A stretch of 49,523 bases of DNA from Methanotrichaceae archaeon (GCA_963754945.1 CAVWIG010000046.1:1-49523); one strand, 5' to 3'. Numbered from the stretch's first letter, positions 30,893 to 41,022 are shown. Translations and numbers: made by a program. The notes: a model not told the origin generated them from the sequence alone.

Positions 30893-32173
30893 CTACCTGC
30901 TTGCCGCAGCGATATACCTTTCCGGAACCTGCATTACATACGGCTTTTGGGAGACGCGCAGCCATAGCGCCACGCACACCAGTCCGATCAGGATATTCAT
31001 GATGCCCAGGACCAAAATTGTATTGCTCCAGTTCAGTGATATTATGGTCATGCCAATGCTTCCCATGAAGATGCCGAAGCAGCCCATCAGAGCCGCAGCA
31101 GATCCTGTATCCTCCTTTTGCTGCTCCAGCATCAAATTTGCGCCGGGAGTTCGCACACAGCTTGCACAGATGGTTGCCGGCAAGAGCACAATGGTAAGTA
31201 TCCAAGGCAGAAAGCCGCCAAAAAATGATATGAGCAGACCGCTGGCAGATATCACCGCAAAGCAGGCGACGATAATCGATCTGCGGTGGTATTTCCTGGA
31301 CACTCGCATATAGAGCATCGGGCCAAAGATCAATCCAATTGCATTTATGGCGAAATAATAGCTGTAAACCTGCGCACTGAGCCCAAAACCGTTTATATAA
31401 ATGTAGGATGATGAGGCTATAAACGCCATTGTGGATATGCTCACCAAAGAAAACAGGGTGAGCAGAGACGAAAAGCCTGGATTCCTTGCGACTTTGTAAA
31501 GCCTCCCCAGTGCCTGCAGCATCGAGCCTGTATAGCGTTTGTCTATTGTCTCTTGCAATGCTATGCTTCCTGCCAAAGCCAGCAGGCCGATGAAAGCCAA
31601 GGCCAAGAACACTCCCCTCCAGGACATGAACTTCAGCAGGAGCGCGCCAAGGACCGGGGCTGCTGCCGGAGATATGAGGACCATGGATTGGACCATAGCT
31701 AAAAGCGGCTCTCTGCTCTTGCTGTCATAAACATCCTTGATCATAGCCGTGGACACGGCAAAAGCACCGCTGCCTCCGATGGCCTGCAGAACGCGAAATG
31801 CTATCAAGTGATGAATATCCCAGGAGCCAGCACAGGCAAGGCTTGCTGCAGAATATATAGACAGCCCGATCAGCAGCACAGGTTTGCGGCCGTATTTATC
31901 GCTGAGCGGTCCCCAGAGAAGCGTACCTGCACTAAAAAATACAAAGAATAAAATCAACGTGAGATTTACCATCTCTGCAGAGACGTTGAAATATAGAACC
32001 ATTCCGGGAAGTGCGGGAAGATAAAGGTCTGTTGACAGTGGAACAAAGGCGCTAAGAAGTGTTATAAGCGCGATCAGCCCCTTTTCTCCCACATATTTTT
32101 GTCTGCGGGCAAAAGAGGACGTGGTCATGTTTGATCTCTGGAATTTTGTGACGTGGGGCCCCGTCTCTGACAA
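30893..32173 (-). CDS. Bcr/CflA-family MFS drug efflux transporter; start uncertain
   Basis: STDLYLPALP, GPLSDKYGRKP, FRVLQAIG and WRGVF, with 12 TM segments. Confidence 0.9.
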   Translation of the reverse strand: MSETGPHVTKFQRSNMTTSSFARRQKYVGEKGLIALITLLSAFVPLSTDLYLPALPGMVLYFNVSAEMVNLTLILFFVFFSAGTLLWGPLSDKYGRKPVLLIGLSIYSAASLACAGSWDIHHLIAFRVLQAIGGSGAFAVSTAMIKDVYDSKSREPLLAMVQSMVLISPAAAPVLGALLLKFMSWRGVFLALAFIGLLALAGSIALQETIDKRYTGSMLQALGRLYKVARNPGFSSLLTLFSLVSISTMAFIASSSYIYINGFGLSAQVYSYYFAINAIGLIFGPMLYMRVSRKYHRRSIIVACFAVISASGLLISFFGGFLPWILTIVLLPATICASCVRTPGANLMLEQQKEDTGSAAALMGCFGIFMGSIGMTIISLNWSNTILVLGIMNILIGLVCVALWLRVSQKPYVMQVPERYIAAASR

Positions 32174-32355
32174 AGCAGTTTTTTCATCCTACGATCCATC
32201 TCCATGCCGCTTTACCGCCCCTCCGACTATGGCATGGGTTATCTTCCATTATTATAAGGGTGGCGATGTTGAAGTACGAGTGCGATGTTTTGGTTTTCGA
32301 CTGCGTCATTTGATTTGCTCAAAACTTCTTTTATGCTTTTTCACCTCTAAAAAAT

Positions 32356-32769
32356 TTAAAGTTGAATAAGCAAGTCGTTGCCATCTACTTTCACTTCGTA
32401 AACTGGCAAATCGTAAGTTTTGATTAAGCTTTGATTTTCGCCTATACGCTGAAACATTTGCTTCATTGCTTTTTGGACTTCTTCGGGGCACTTGGAAAAC
32501 ATGTCAGCAGGCCTGCCCCCCTCCAGTTTAGGCCCGGATATTAATTTCCCTGTGGTTACGTCAAATCTTGAAAAATGCATAGGGCAGGTAACAATTGTGT
32601 TAGTTAGCGTGCCTAGTGAGAGTCTGGCATTCTCGTGACCGCACCGATCTCCGATCACGTAAAACTTACCGCTTACATTCGCGATGCACAGCTCTTTCCC
32701 GCCAGCCTCAATGTGTTTCATGGTCCCGGCGGGTATCTCGCTTACCTTTGCAATTTCGACAAAACTCAT
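32356..32769 (-). CDS. Rieske [2Fe-2S] ferredoxin
   Basis: CGH...CPMH..RFDVTTG Rieske ligands; AGGAG RBS. Confidence 0.88.
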   Translation of the reverse strand: MSFVEIAKVSEIPAGTMKHIEAGGKELCIANVSGKFYVIGDRCGHENARLSLGTLTNTIVTCPMHFSRFDVTTGKLISGPKLEGGRPADMFSKCPEEVQKAMKQMFQRIGENQSLIKTYDLPVYEVKVDGNDLLIQL

Positions 32770-32822
32770 ATGCTCAACTCTCCTTTCTTCCATTCCTTTC
32801 TTTCTTCTTCATCTGCCTGTAA

Positions 32823-32960
32823 TCATCGTTCGACGTGACTTCTGTCGCAGAACGGTTTGTTCTTTGAGTGCCCACATCGGCAGAGGGCATACTCTGCTGG
32901 ACAAAAACACACTATTCTTATCCGTTAACAGCTCCAATTTTCCATGTGTTAAGTTGCCAT
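32823..32960 (-). pseudogene. Remnant of a CDGSH iron-sulfur protein
   Basis: Minus strand reads EYALCRCGHSKNKPFCDRSHVER*; upstream frame is broken. Confidence 0.7.
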
Positions 32961-33074
32961 TTTTGTCTCCTCCTTTAGCGATACTAACTTACACATATGC
33001 ACAATATACTAAAGGCAATATCTGCAAAGAGATGTTGAGCGGCTGTAAATGAGCCGCTCAAGTTGTATGCTCAT

Positions 33075-34673
33075 TTACTTTTTTGGGAGTCCGAAGGCAA
33101 CGATATAGCCGCCGGAGTTAGGGACATGGAAACCGCTTCCCGTGGGCACCAGCAGCATGCCGTCTCCTATTGAGGGGCCGCCTATTCCAACAGGCGCTCC
33201 AACGTTGAACTCCCACAGCTCTTTGCCTGTATCGGCATCAAGCGCCATGAGAATTCCCGAGCTTATCAGCGGCGTATCTGTCGGTCCTCCAAAGTTGCTG
33301 AACGGGTAGGTTATGCCCGTCTCTTTATTCCCCACAGCTGTGACAGTACCTGAGAATACGACTCCATTAGTAACCAATGGCGACACCCAGGTCGGGAGAT
33401 CGGTCTTATGCTCCCACTTGATCTTTCCGGCCTTCAGGTCAAGGGCGGTTATTGAACCGTTTCCGATGCCGTTTGGCATTGATGCAAATGCAGGCTCGAC
33501 ATGGCCTTCTTCAGGTGTGATGAAGTAGTTCATTCCCCGATTGGATACAGCGACGTATACGTAATTCTCGTCAAATGCGGAATATGACTCGATGCCGTCA
33601 GCCGTTCCTGGCCAGATTGCACCGCTGCCGTTTGGCATAGCTGAAACGTTTGTGCGATAGAGCACAGCTACATTTCTCCACCAGAGGGGCTTTCCTGTGG
33701 CTGTATCCATGGCTATGATATCTCCCCTCTTGTCATGGCCTATGACCACCTTTTGCGGTCCCTTGCCAAGGTCCACGGTAGCGAGATTGGTCCCCCAGGC
33801 AGTATCCCAGTCGTGCGTATCCGGAATGGTAACATTGAGCACTGAACCTGCTGCCACGAAGGGCGTCGCCCAGAGGATCTTTCCATCGCTGATGTTAACG
33901 GCGATGACGTGGTTTGCATACAGAGTCTCTCCGGGTCTTGTGGATGCGTCTAAGTCAGGCGCAGGGTTGCCGCAAGGCAGATAGACTATGCCTTTATCAG
34001 CATCGATCGCTCCACCCGACCATGTAGCGGCTCCACCATTAACACTGGCATTCTTTCCCGTAACCCAGTCACCTACGGTGGTATTGATCTGCCAGATGAT
34101 TTTGCCGGTCTTTTTGTCGAGCGCGGTTACTGTTCCCTTTGTGGGGGCACCAAAACCCGGTGAATCTCCGAAAGCGGATCCCGCAATCACATAGTCCTTC
34201 CACGTCAGTGGGGGAGAAGTGAGCATGAACGATCCGCCTAGGCGTTGCAGTGCAGGAGATTCCCAGATCTTGTTGCCGTTCTCGGCATTTAGGGCGATTA
34301 CAGTCCCATTCGGGCCGGTTGGAGCGTATATTACCCCGTTATCATAGGTTATGCCGTGTGATGGCGAAGGCATTTTTGTTTTAGGGTCGTACTTCCACTT
34401 GTTCTGCCCGGTGTCCATATCAAAGGCAATGACCTTGTAATTGTTATTCTGGACATAGCCGGTCTTTCCCACAATTAAGGGTGAGTTCTCAATTGTAGAT
34501 CCAGTGTTGAGAATCCATTTAACCTGTAGCTGATTTACATTATCTTTGCCTATCTGCGTCTGAGGACTATGCCTGGACATGGAATTATCATAGTTAACCA
34601 TTGTCCAGTTTTGGCCCACGGCTACGGCTGAAAAGGCCAGTATAACCATGGCTAGATATAAAATTTTTTTCAT
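33075..34673 (-). CDS. Secreted PQQ-dependent dehydrogenase-like beta-propeller protein
   Basis: Signal peptide MKKILYLAMVILAFSAVAVG; repeated A.D..TG...W motifs; N-terminal QIGKDNVNQLQVKW; GNPAP; HDWD. Confidence 0.8.
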   Translation of the reverse strand: MKKILYLAMVILAFSAVAVGQNWTMVNYDNSMSRHSPQTQIGKDNVNQLQVKWILNTGSTIENSPLIVGKTGYVQNNNYKVIAFDMDTGQNKWKYDPKTKMPSPSHGITYDNGVIYAPTGPNGTVIALNAENGNKIWESPALQRLGGSFMLTSPPLTWKDYVIAGSAFGDSPGFGAPTKGTVTALDKKTGKIIWQINTTVGDWVTGKNASVNGGAATWSGGAIDADKGIVYLPCGNPAPDLDASTRPGETLYANHVIAVNISDGKILWATPFVAAGSVLNVTIPDTHDWDTAWGTNLATVDLGKGPQKVVIGHDKRGDIIAMDTATGKPLWWRNVAVLYRTNVSAMPNGSGAIWPGTADGIESYSAFDENYVYVAVSNRGMNYFITPEEGHVEPAFASMPNGIGNGSITALDLKAGKIKWEHKTDLPTWVSPLVTNGVVFSGTVTAVGNKETGITYPFSNFGGPTDTPLISSGILMALDADTGKELWEFNVGAPVGIGGPSIGDGMLLVPTGSGFHVPNSGGYIVAFGLPKK

Positions 34674-34778
34674 TTGCTTCACCTCTTCTAGAGACTTAAA
34701 TGCATACCGGGTTTCGGGAATTAGTTGTCGAAATCTTCCTAATTCCCAGAGTTCTGATAGAAATATATTAGGATTTTT

Positions 34779-35230
34779 TCACATTAAACCAATCTGTTTC
34801 GTCATCTCAATCTTATCGTAGAAGAGCATCTCCTCGACAATCTCGCCATTAATCCAGTGGGCGACAGTGCAAAACTCGACCTTGAATTTTTTGCTGGTAG
34901 GCGGAATTATCTTTCCATCGGCACCCGTCATGCGACCTTTGAATGTGCCAGTGAAGTCTGCCACAGGGCAAGTCCAGTCACCCTAGCCGAAGAGCACTTT
35001 ATACGGATTGTTCTCGACATGGTTGTCAGGAAATATCTTGAAGAAGGCAATCGCTTCTTCTTTATGCGACTGACCCCCTCTTGTCGGCTCTGACTGCCTG
35101 GCCAGAAGACTTCCACATGATTGGCATGCCTCTTCTCGAATGTTTCCCAATCTTGGGAATTCCATGCATAATCCAAAGTTTTCATCTGTCTTAGAGTTTT
35201 CATCAGTTTTAGGTTTTCATGCACACCCAT
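34779..35230 (-). pseudogene. SnoaL-like/ester cyclase (NTF2 fold) pseudogene
   Basis: Reassembles as MKTLDYAWNSQDW..VFWPG/Q.EPTRG..FPDNHVENNPYKVLFG*GDWTC..FTGTF..VEFCTVAHW. Frameshift near 35097 and in-frame TAG at 34983-34985. Confidence 0.8.
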
Positions 35231-35303
35231 TTCAGTTACTTCTCAGTTTATTCCTCAATAAATTATTTAATATTCATTAGGTTTTATTTTTGGTATAAGA
35301 CTA

Positions 35304-36035
35304 TCACCTCACGTGGCTGCTATCGCAGAAAGGCTTGTTGCGAGACTTGCCACAACGACAGAGTGTAACGCGATTACGAACTTCATAAATAGTGCCATCG
35401 ACGGATTCAACCGGAATTTTACCGATCACCCGAAGCGGCCCAATTGTACCCGCCTGGCTATCTTCAACCACTCCGATGGATGGTCTCAATTCCGGTTCGA
35501 TTTCTTTCCCTGTTTTTTTGTCCCAAGCAACCAAGCGGCCCGATGGGCAATCACCCGCTTCTTCGATCGCAATTTTTTTGGCCTCGGGATCATCGGACTG
35601 CATCGTGAGGTTCCAGGTTCCACCGGCTCGGTGGCAGAAACGAGCTGAAGCGCATAAATGCTGATCATCAGTTAACTTTATAGCAGGTCCATCGATCGAC
35701 TCGCATACATCGAGATATGGCTTTATGCTTGCCTTCTCTGTGCCATCGAAATTGATTTTTACATGTGTGCCATCGCAGAACGGTTTGTTCTTGGATCCTC
35801 CGCAACGACACAAGGCATAACTCTCCTGTGATGGAAATCTATTTCCTTCTTGCCATTTGCATGGATTTCCATCTTCATCAAATTCCATTTTATGTTCGGT
35901 CAGAGGTGTTTCGCCTGAAACAATATAAGGTCCATTCTTGCTTACTTTGATCTTGCCTTTTCTGCCCTGTTTCCCACTATCGTCTTTCGTTGACATATCA
36001 TCCTTCATACCTGGATTATTCTTTCTCCGAAACAT
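35304..36035 (-). CDS. CDGSH iron-sulfur protein (two CDGSH domains flanking a divergent 4Fe-4S domain); start uncertain
   Basis: NGPY, LCRCGGSKNKPFCDGTH, C..ARFC, CPSGRL and LCRCGKSRNKPFCDSSH. Confidence 0.9.
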   Translation of the reverse strand: MFRRKNNPGMKDDMSTKDDSGKQGRKGKIKVSKNGPYIVSGETPLTEHKMEFDEDGNPCKWQEGNRFPSQESYALCRCGGSKNKPFCDGTHVKINFDGTEKASIKPYLDVCESIDGPAIKLTDDQHLCASARFCHRAGGTWNLTMQSDDPEAKKIAIEEAGDCPSGRLVAWDKKTGKEIEPELRPSIGVVEDSQAGTIGPLRVIGKIPVESVDGTIYEVRNRVTLCRCGKSRNKPFCDSSHVR

Positions 36036-36234
36036 TCTTGAATTCTATCTCGGCGTCAATAGACTAATATAAGCTTCAAGTAGTCTCAAATATCCAGATT
36101 GGTCTCGAATCATTTTTTTGCTGCATTTTACGTATTAGTCCATACTGTTATAAAAGACTAGCGTCTAATATACTCTATTCTAATATATTTTCTTTCACTA
36201 TCATTTAAATAGTAGGACCCACGAACCAATTACT

Positions 36235-36786
36235 ATGGGTGCAAAGCAGTCCGTATCAATTTATTTCACGGACGAAAGGTTATGTTGGCTCGATGAAGAA
36301 GCAAAACGCACTGGACGGTCGCGTTCGGAGATCGTTGGGGCGGCCATAGATCTGTTAAGAGGCCATGAGACAACCGAAGAAGAACGGATAAGGAATATCG
36401 TCCGAGATGAGATTATAGTCCATCGCGAAATGGCGCTAAAGCTTGTAGAAGATCTCCTAGCCGAGCACGTCGTAGTAGATCATGGAATAATAGACCATGC
36501 CATGTTAGCGCGCAGGGGACAAGTTCTAATAACCATATCAGCCCTTGAACTGTTAATAAAAGATCTTGAGGAGGGACATGAGCCCACGCCCAAAGAGGTC
36601 GGGAATAAGTTAGGTGTTGCAGCTCAATCTGTCAGTATGTACTTGGGTCGTCTGGGAATATATACAGATAAGATAGATGAGAAGCATTTATATAAAAAAG
36701 AAATGCTCAAACAGATTAAATCAGAACTTATGAAGCTGAAAGAGCGAAAGAGAGACGATCAATCGTCGTCCATATTATCGTTATAG
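36235..36786 (+). CDS. Putative transcriptional regulator (N-terminal RHH/CopG, C-terminal HTH)
   Basis: SVSIYF...LDEEAKRTGRSRSEIVGAAID (RHH) and PTPKEVGNKLGVAAQSVSMYL (HTH); divergent from the CDGSH gene. Confidence 0.7.
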   Translation: MGAKQSVSIYFTDERLCWLDEEAKRTGRSRSEIVGAAIDLLRGHETTEEERIRNIVRDEIIVHREMALKLVEDLLAEHVVVDHGIIDHAMLARRGQVLITISALELLIKDLEEGHEPTPKEVGNKLGVAAQSVSMYLGRLGIYTDKIDEKHLYKKEMLKQIKSELMKLKERKRDDQSSSILSL

Positions 36787-37089
36787 CACATTTTCTCTCC
36801 AAGGATATATTCAAAGACTATCCAGAGGTGCCAGGTCGTGAGAGACAAGTGGGATGTAGATGAGAGGACAGAATTTTTTGATGACCCGCGGTTCCGGCTC
36901 AGGGACACCAGCTGCTTGGTTCACGACCAGTACCATCAGGCCGCATCTTTTTTGCCTTGTGCCTGACCTGTCCCAAGTGTCCCGACCTTGTCCTGACCAA
37001 ATCGCTATCATTCCCTATGTAAGGACCTTAATGCTATTTCCAGTCAATAATATTGAGGGTAACCAGATTCCAATAGGATACCGAGGGGC

Positions 37090-37249
37090 CTTTCGCCATC
37101 CACCTGATCTACCTCGTTTGATATCAGAAAACTTGATTTTTTAATTACACATTTAATATTTCATTTATTGAGTGAATCTACCGAATTCCATTTTTCTGCT
37201 CTCTGAAAGCTCAATAAGCTCTTTCGAAGTATACTTGCTCATAAGTTCC
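37090..37249. repeat. ~160-bp direct repeat, copy 2
   Basis: Aligns with 30603-30760 in the same orientation. Confidence 0.9.
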
Positions 37250-37576
37250 AAAGATTATTCGCTGGTATATGCGATACGAGTGAAATTCATCTGATGGGCT
37301 TGGTATCCGTAATATTGACTTCACTTAATTTAATTGATTTTCCGACTTTGTGGATAAAATCTGAAAAATTTAGCTATTATTACTTATTTAGGTAATAATT
37401 TCCAATTTTTCTTGCCAAAATAGACATATGTATATATATATCTTAAGGAGAACATCCTATTAGATTTAGATTCATAAAAGGAGGAATTAAAAAAATGGCA
37501 AATGAAAATGTAACGACTATGAAGGCTGATGCAAAGGCTGATGCGGAGAAGACGGAAGCTGATGATCATCCTGATT

Positions 37577-37867
37577 ATGGAGCGTTTCTATGAGTAGCTG
37601 AACAACGTTGACGATCCCTATTATGAGGCACTGAAGATCACCGTCAACCACATAGGTTCAGCTCTGATGGCATCACCTTTCAACATAATAAGCAACTTCG
37701 GGCTGGTGACAGTGCTGTCAGTCGTCTTCGCCCTCATCACCACCTTCACAGTCTTTGTGGCCCTAATGATTCGCATGGAAAGAATGAGATACAGGAATCG
37801 CTGGAGTGATCTAAAGCAACTGAAGCTTTTAAAGATAGTTGAAGTGGCATTAAAAGCTCCTAGATGA
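37577..37867 (+). pseudogene. C-terminal remnant of an RND/MMPL transporter
   Basis: MERFYE*L...EALKITVNHIGSA-LMASPFNIISNFGLVTVLSVVFALITTFTV, with an in-frame TAG and an apparent internal deletion. Confidence 0.7.
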
Positions 37868-38303
37868 GGAATCGAAGCACAGCGGAATAGGCATTGGTTA
37901 ATAATTGGTTTAGGAGGATAAAATTATGATCAAATTTATATCGAAATCCCTAAAATTATATTTCCGTTTGGTAGTCATCATCGCCATGGCTAAAAAGATG
38001 CGCAATTATTGCTGCACTAGGGAACACCAAAAAATACACGTATGTGTTTAGCTCACCTCAATCAGCATCAATAAACCCAGTTGGTGAACATCTCACGTGG
38101 TCAGTAATAAGAGAGCAAATTCCAAGTAACTTCGTCTATTGATATTGTTTTTCATTCTGGCGCAAGTTATTGGTGAGCACGTATTCGTTAACTCGAAACA
38201 GCATCAAGCGAGCGATTCAGTGGGAACTAAACACGTACAAATACACAATATTAAAGATGTGATTAATGTGCGTAGTTTTCAGGAATTGAAAGAGACAGAT
38301 CTG

Positions 38304-39776
38304 ATGAATGGCAAAGCGCTCCTAATTGCCAGAACCACCGCGTCCCTATGCCCGGTCTGCTTGGAGGTTATCTGCGCTCGCATATTTCAAGAGGGCGAAG
38401 CAGTCATGATCGAGAAGCACTGCGAGGAGCATGGTGATTTCAAAGATATCTACTGGTCAGACGCAGCCATTTACAAAAGGTTTATGCGATACCAGTTGGA
38501 CAGCATGAGTCTAACGTATTCGCCCCAGACCCACCAAGGTTGTCCATTCGATTGTGGTTTATGCAAGAACCATAAGACAGGTACTCTTTTGGGGAACATC
38601 GATGTTACAAACAGATGCAATCTCTCCTGTCCGGTTTGCTTTGCCGATGCCGGAGATGAGCTGAATGAGCCGACAATAGGTCAGATCGTAGCCATGATGC
38701 AAGTTCTGAGGGATCAAATGCCAGTGCCATGCCCTGCAATTCAATTCTCTGGCGGCGAGCCTACATTGAGGAAAGACTTGCCGGAGATCGTTTTCCTGGC
38801 AAGAAAGATGGGCTTTGCCCAGATCCAAGTAGCAACAAACGGTTTGAAGCTCGCCTCCAGCCCAGATCTCTGCAGGCATTTAGTGTTAAGTGGGCTCAGC
38901 ACTGCCTACTTACAGTTCGATGGTGTTACCCCAGAACCCTACAAGGCGATGCGAGGCCGCGATCTTTTCCAAATCAAGCTCCAGGCCATAAAAAACCTTA
39001 GAGAGGCAGGACAGATGAGCATAGTCTTGGTTCCCACTCTGGCAAAAGGGATTAACAATGATCAGGTGGGTGACATAATCAGGTTCGCCTCCAAGAACGT
39101 AGATGTAGTGAAAGGAGTGAACTTCCAACCCGTCTCATTTGTGGGGAGAATCGATCAGGATGAGAGAGTCAAGAAGAGACTTACTATATCTGATCTCATC
39201 GCCCTGGTGGAAGAACAGACAGATAACGAGATAACCAGAGACGACTTCTACCCAGTTCCCTTCGTTGCTCCAATATCCAGCCTCATAGCAGCTGAGACAA
39301 GAATGCCTCAACCAGCCTTTACGGTCCACCCCTGCTGCGGCGCAGCAACCTACATATATTGTGTCGATGGCCACCTGATCCCGATTACCAGGTTTGTAGA
39401 TGTCGAGGGGTTATTGGAGAAGATCAAAGAAGAAGTCCAGAGCTTCAATGGATCATGGCTAGGCAGGCTCAGAATGAAGGGCACGATCCTAAAGGAGCTG
39501 CCCAAGTTCATTGATGAGTCGAGAACTCCTGAAGGCATGAACCTGACCGGGTTACTAATGAGCGTGTTCAAGAACGGAACCCGTGAATCTCTAATCGAGT
39601 TCCATAACAAAACACTCTTTCTTGGAACCATGTTCTTTCAGGACCTGTACAACATCGACTTAGAAAGGTTGCAGAAATGTGGAGTTCACTACGCACTACC
39701 TGACGGCAGGATTATCCCATTCTGTTCCTACAACACAGTTCATCGATCTCGATTACAAAATAATCAGTGGAATTAA
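38304..39776 (+). CDS. Radical SAM protein of the MJ0619/Tes (tetraether synthase, GDGT-MAS) family
   Basis: N-terminal SLCPVC...C.EHG, GCPFDCGLC..H, TNRCNLSCPVC (CxxxCxxC), FSGGEPT, HPCCG and FQDLYNIDLERLQKCGVHYALPDGRIIPFCSYN. Confidence 0.8.
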   Translation: MNGKALLIARTTASLCPVCLEVICARIFQEGEAVMIEKHCEEHGDFKDIYWSDAAIYKRFMRYQLDSMSLTYSPQTHQGCPFDCGLCKNHKTGTLLGNIDVTNRCNLSCPVCFADAGDELNEPTIGQIVAMMQVLRDQMPVPCPAIQFSGGEPTLRKDLPEIVFLARKMGFAQIQVATNGLKLASSPDLCRHLVLSGLSTAYLQFDGVTPEPYKAMRGRDLFQIKLQAIKNLREAGQMSIVLVPTLAKGINNDQVGDIIRFASKNVDVVKGVNFQPVSFVGRIDQDERVKKRLTISDLIALVEEQTDNEITRDDFYPVPFVAPISSLIAAETRMPQPAFTVHPCCGAATYIYCVDGHLIPITRFVDVEGLLEKIKEEVQSFNGSWLGRLRMKGTILKELPKFIDESRTPEGMNLTGLLMSVFKNGTRESLIEFHNKTLFLGTMFFQDLYNIDLERLQKCGVHYALPDGRIIPFCSYNTVHRSRLQNNQWN

Positions 39777-39789
39777 CGAAGTGATTGCT

Positions 39790-40611
39790 ATGGAATTCTC
39801 AGTCATTGTACCTGCGCTGAACGAGGAAACTTACATAGAGGCTTGCCTAAAATCGATTTTAAGGCAGACGCTTCCACGAAATAGTTATGAAATAATTGTC
39901 TCCGATGGGGCGAGTAATGATAGGACAGTCGAGATTGCCAGAAAATATGCTGACAGGGTGGTTGTATCAGAGAAGAGAGGGATTTGGTGGGGAAGAAACC
40001 TGGGAGCGCAGTTTGCCAAAGGCAGGTATTTGGTATTTATTGATGCCGATACTAGAATCAAGGAGGATTACCTTGAGACTGTTCACATACATCTCGAGAG
40101 CGGCGTGGTTGGGCTGACTACGGCGTTTGAAATAGAAGGATCCGGCCTCAAGACAAAAATCTACGAATACATTAGTTATTGTTACCTGGGGCTCAATTCT
40201 AAAATCGATAACGTAAGTCTCATTGGGATAAATCTATGCGTGCCTAGGAAGGTCTTTATGAAAGTTGGTGGCTTCAGGGATTATGCCCTCGAAGACGCCG
40301 CTTTTGGCCGCGAGCTAAGAAAAGAGGGACAGACGTGTTTTCTGATGCAAAGGCTGGTGGTGACTTCGCCCAGGCGACTTGAAGCATATGGAACGGTTGG
40401 ACTATGCAGGTATTATTTCGAGCTTGGGATGATTGATGGTAGAAAGACCAATCCATCTTATATAAACAAAAATATTAAATATAATGGATATACTCCTATT
40501 CGCACATTAGGTCGTAAAAGTATCTACAAATGCGAGAACAATAACGCGTTAAGTAGGCACATTCGTGGAGCTAAGAAGAAAGTTTTAAAATGGACTCAAC
40601 AGTTGATTTAA
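39790..40611 (+). CDS. Glycosyltransferase family 2
   Basis: SVIVPALNEE, VSDGASNDRT, FIDAD, GGF...ED and TSPRR; 13 bp downstream of the radical SAM gene. Confidence 0.9.
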   Translation: MEFSVIVPALNEETYIEACLKSILRQTLPRNSYEIIVSDGASNDRTVEIARKYADRVVVSEKRGIWWGRNLGAQFAKGRYLVFIDADTRIKEDYLETVHIHLESGVVGLTTAFEIEGSGLKTKIYEYISYCYLGLNSKIDNVSLIGINLCVPRKVFMKVGGFRDYALEDAAFGRELRKEGQTCFLMQRLVVTSPRRLEAYGTVGLCRYYFELGMIDGRKTNPSYINKNIKYNGYTPIRTLGRKSIYKCENNNALSRHIRGAKKKVLKWTQQLI

Positions 40612-41022
40612 ACATCGAATCGATGTTTTAGGGCGTCCCTAGCCCCTTGAGTAATAGCATAGTTGAAGCGTTATGACTTAGGATATGCGACAATTAGCGA
40701 TATTCTCATGGACTTTAGTCCGATTTTAATGGTTGCATTAAAAGAGCTTAACGCATTCGTTCTGCTAAATCAGAGAAAGGCCAGAGCTGGAATTGGCCTA
40801 CATAGCTCGGCAAGGGAGATCAGACAGTCGGTTATGCCCAACCAGAGCTAGAGAATCATGAGCAGATCTAAAACGTATTTGCTGAATAATCGAGGTAAAT
40901 TATATTTCTTACCAGTAAAATAATGCGAGAAAATTCTCGCTTATGCTTGCATTTACTTGAGCACATAAAGTTATACTTTATGTACAATCAAAGAGGTCTT
41001 AGAGATGAGAAAGGATGAGAAA

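Noticed and set aside
34983-37597. Further in-frame TAG codons (SnoaL at 34983, RND at 37595) suggesting genome-wide amber recoding
   Set aside because: Both genes carry other lesions (frameshift, truncation), and TAG terminates intact genes such as korB, rubredoxin and gatD.
40620-41000. 62-aa ORF 40663-40851
   Set aside because: No motif or clear RBS; likely intergenic sequence or unidentifiable debris.
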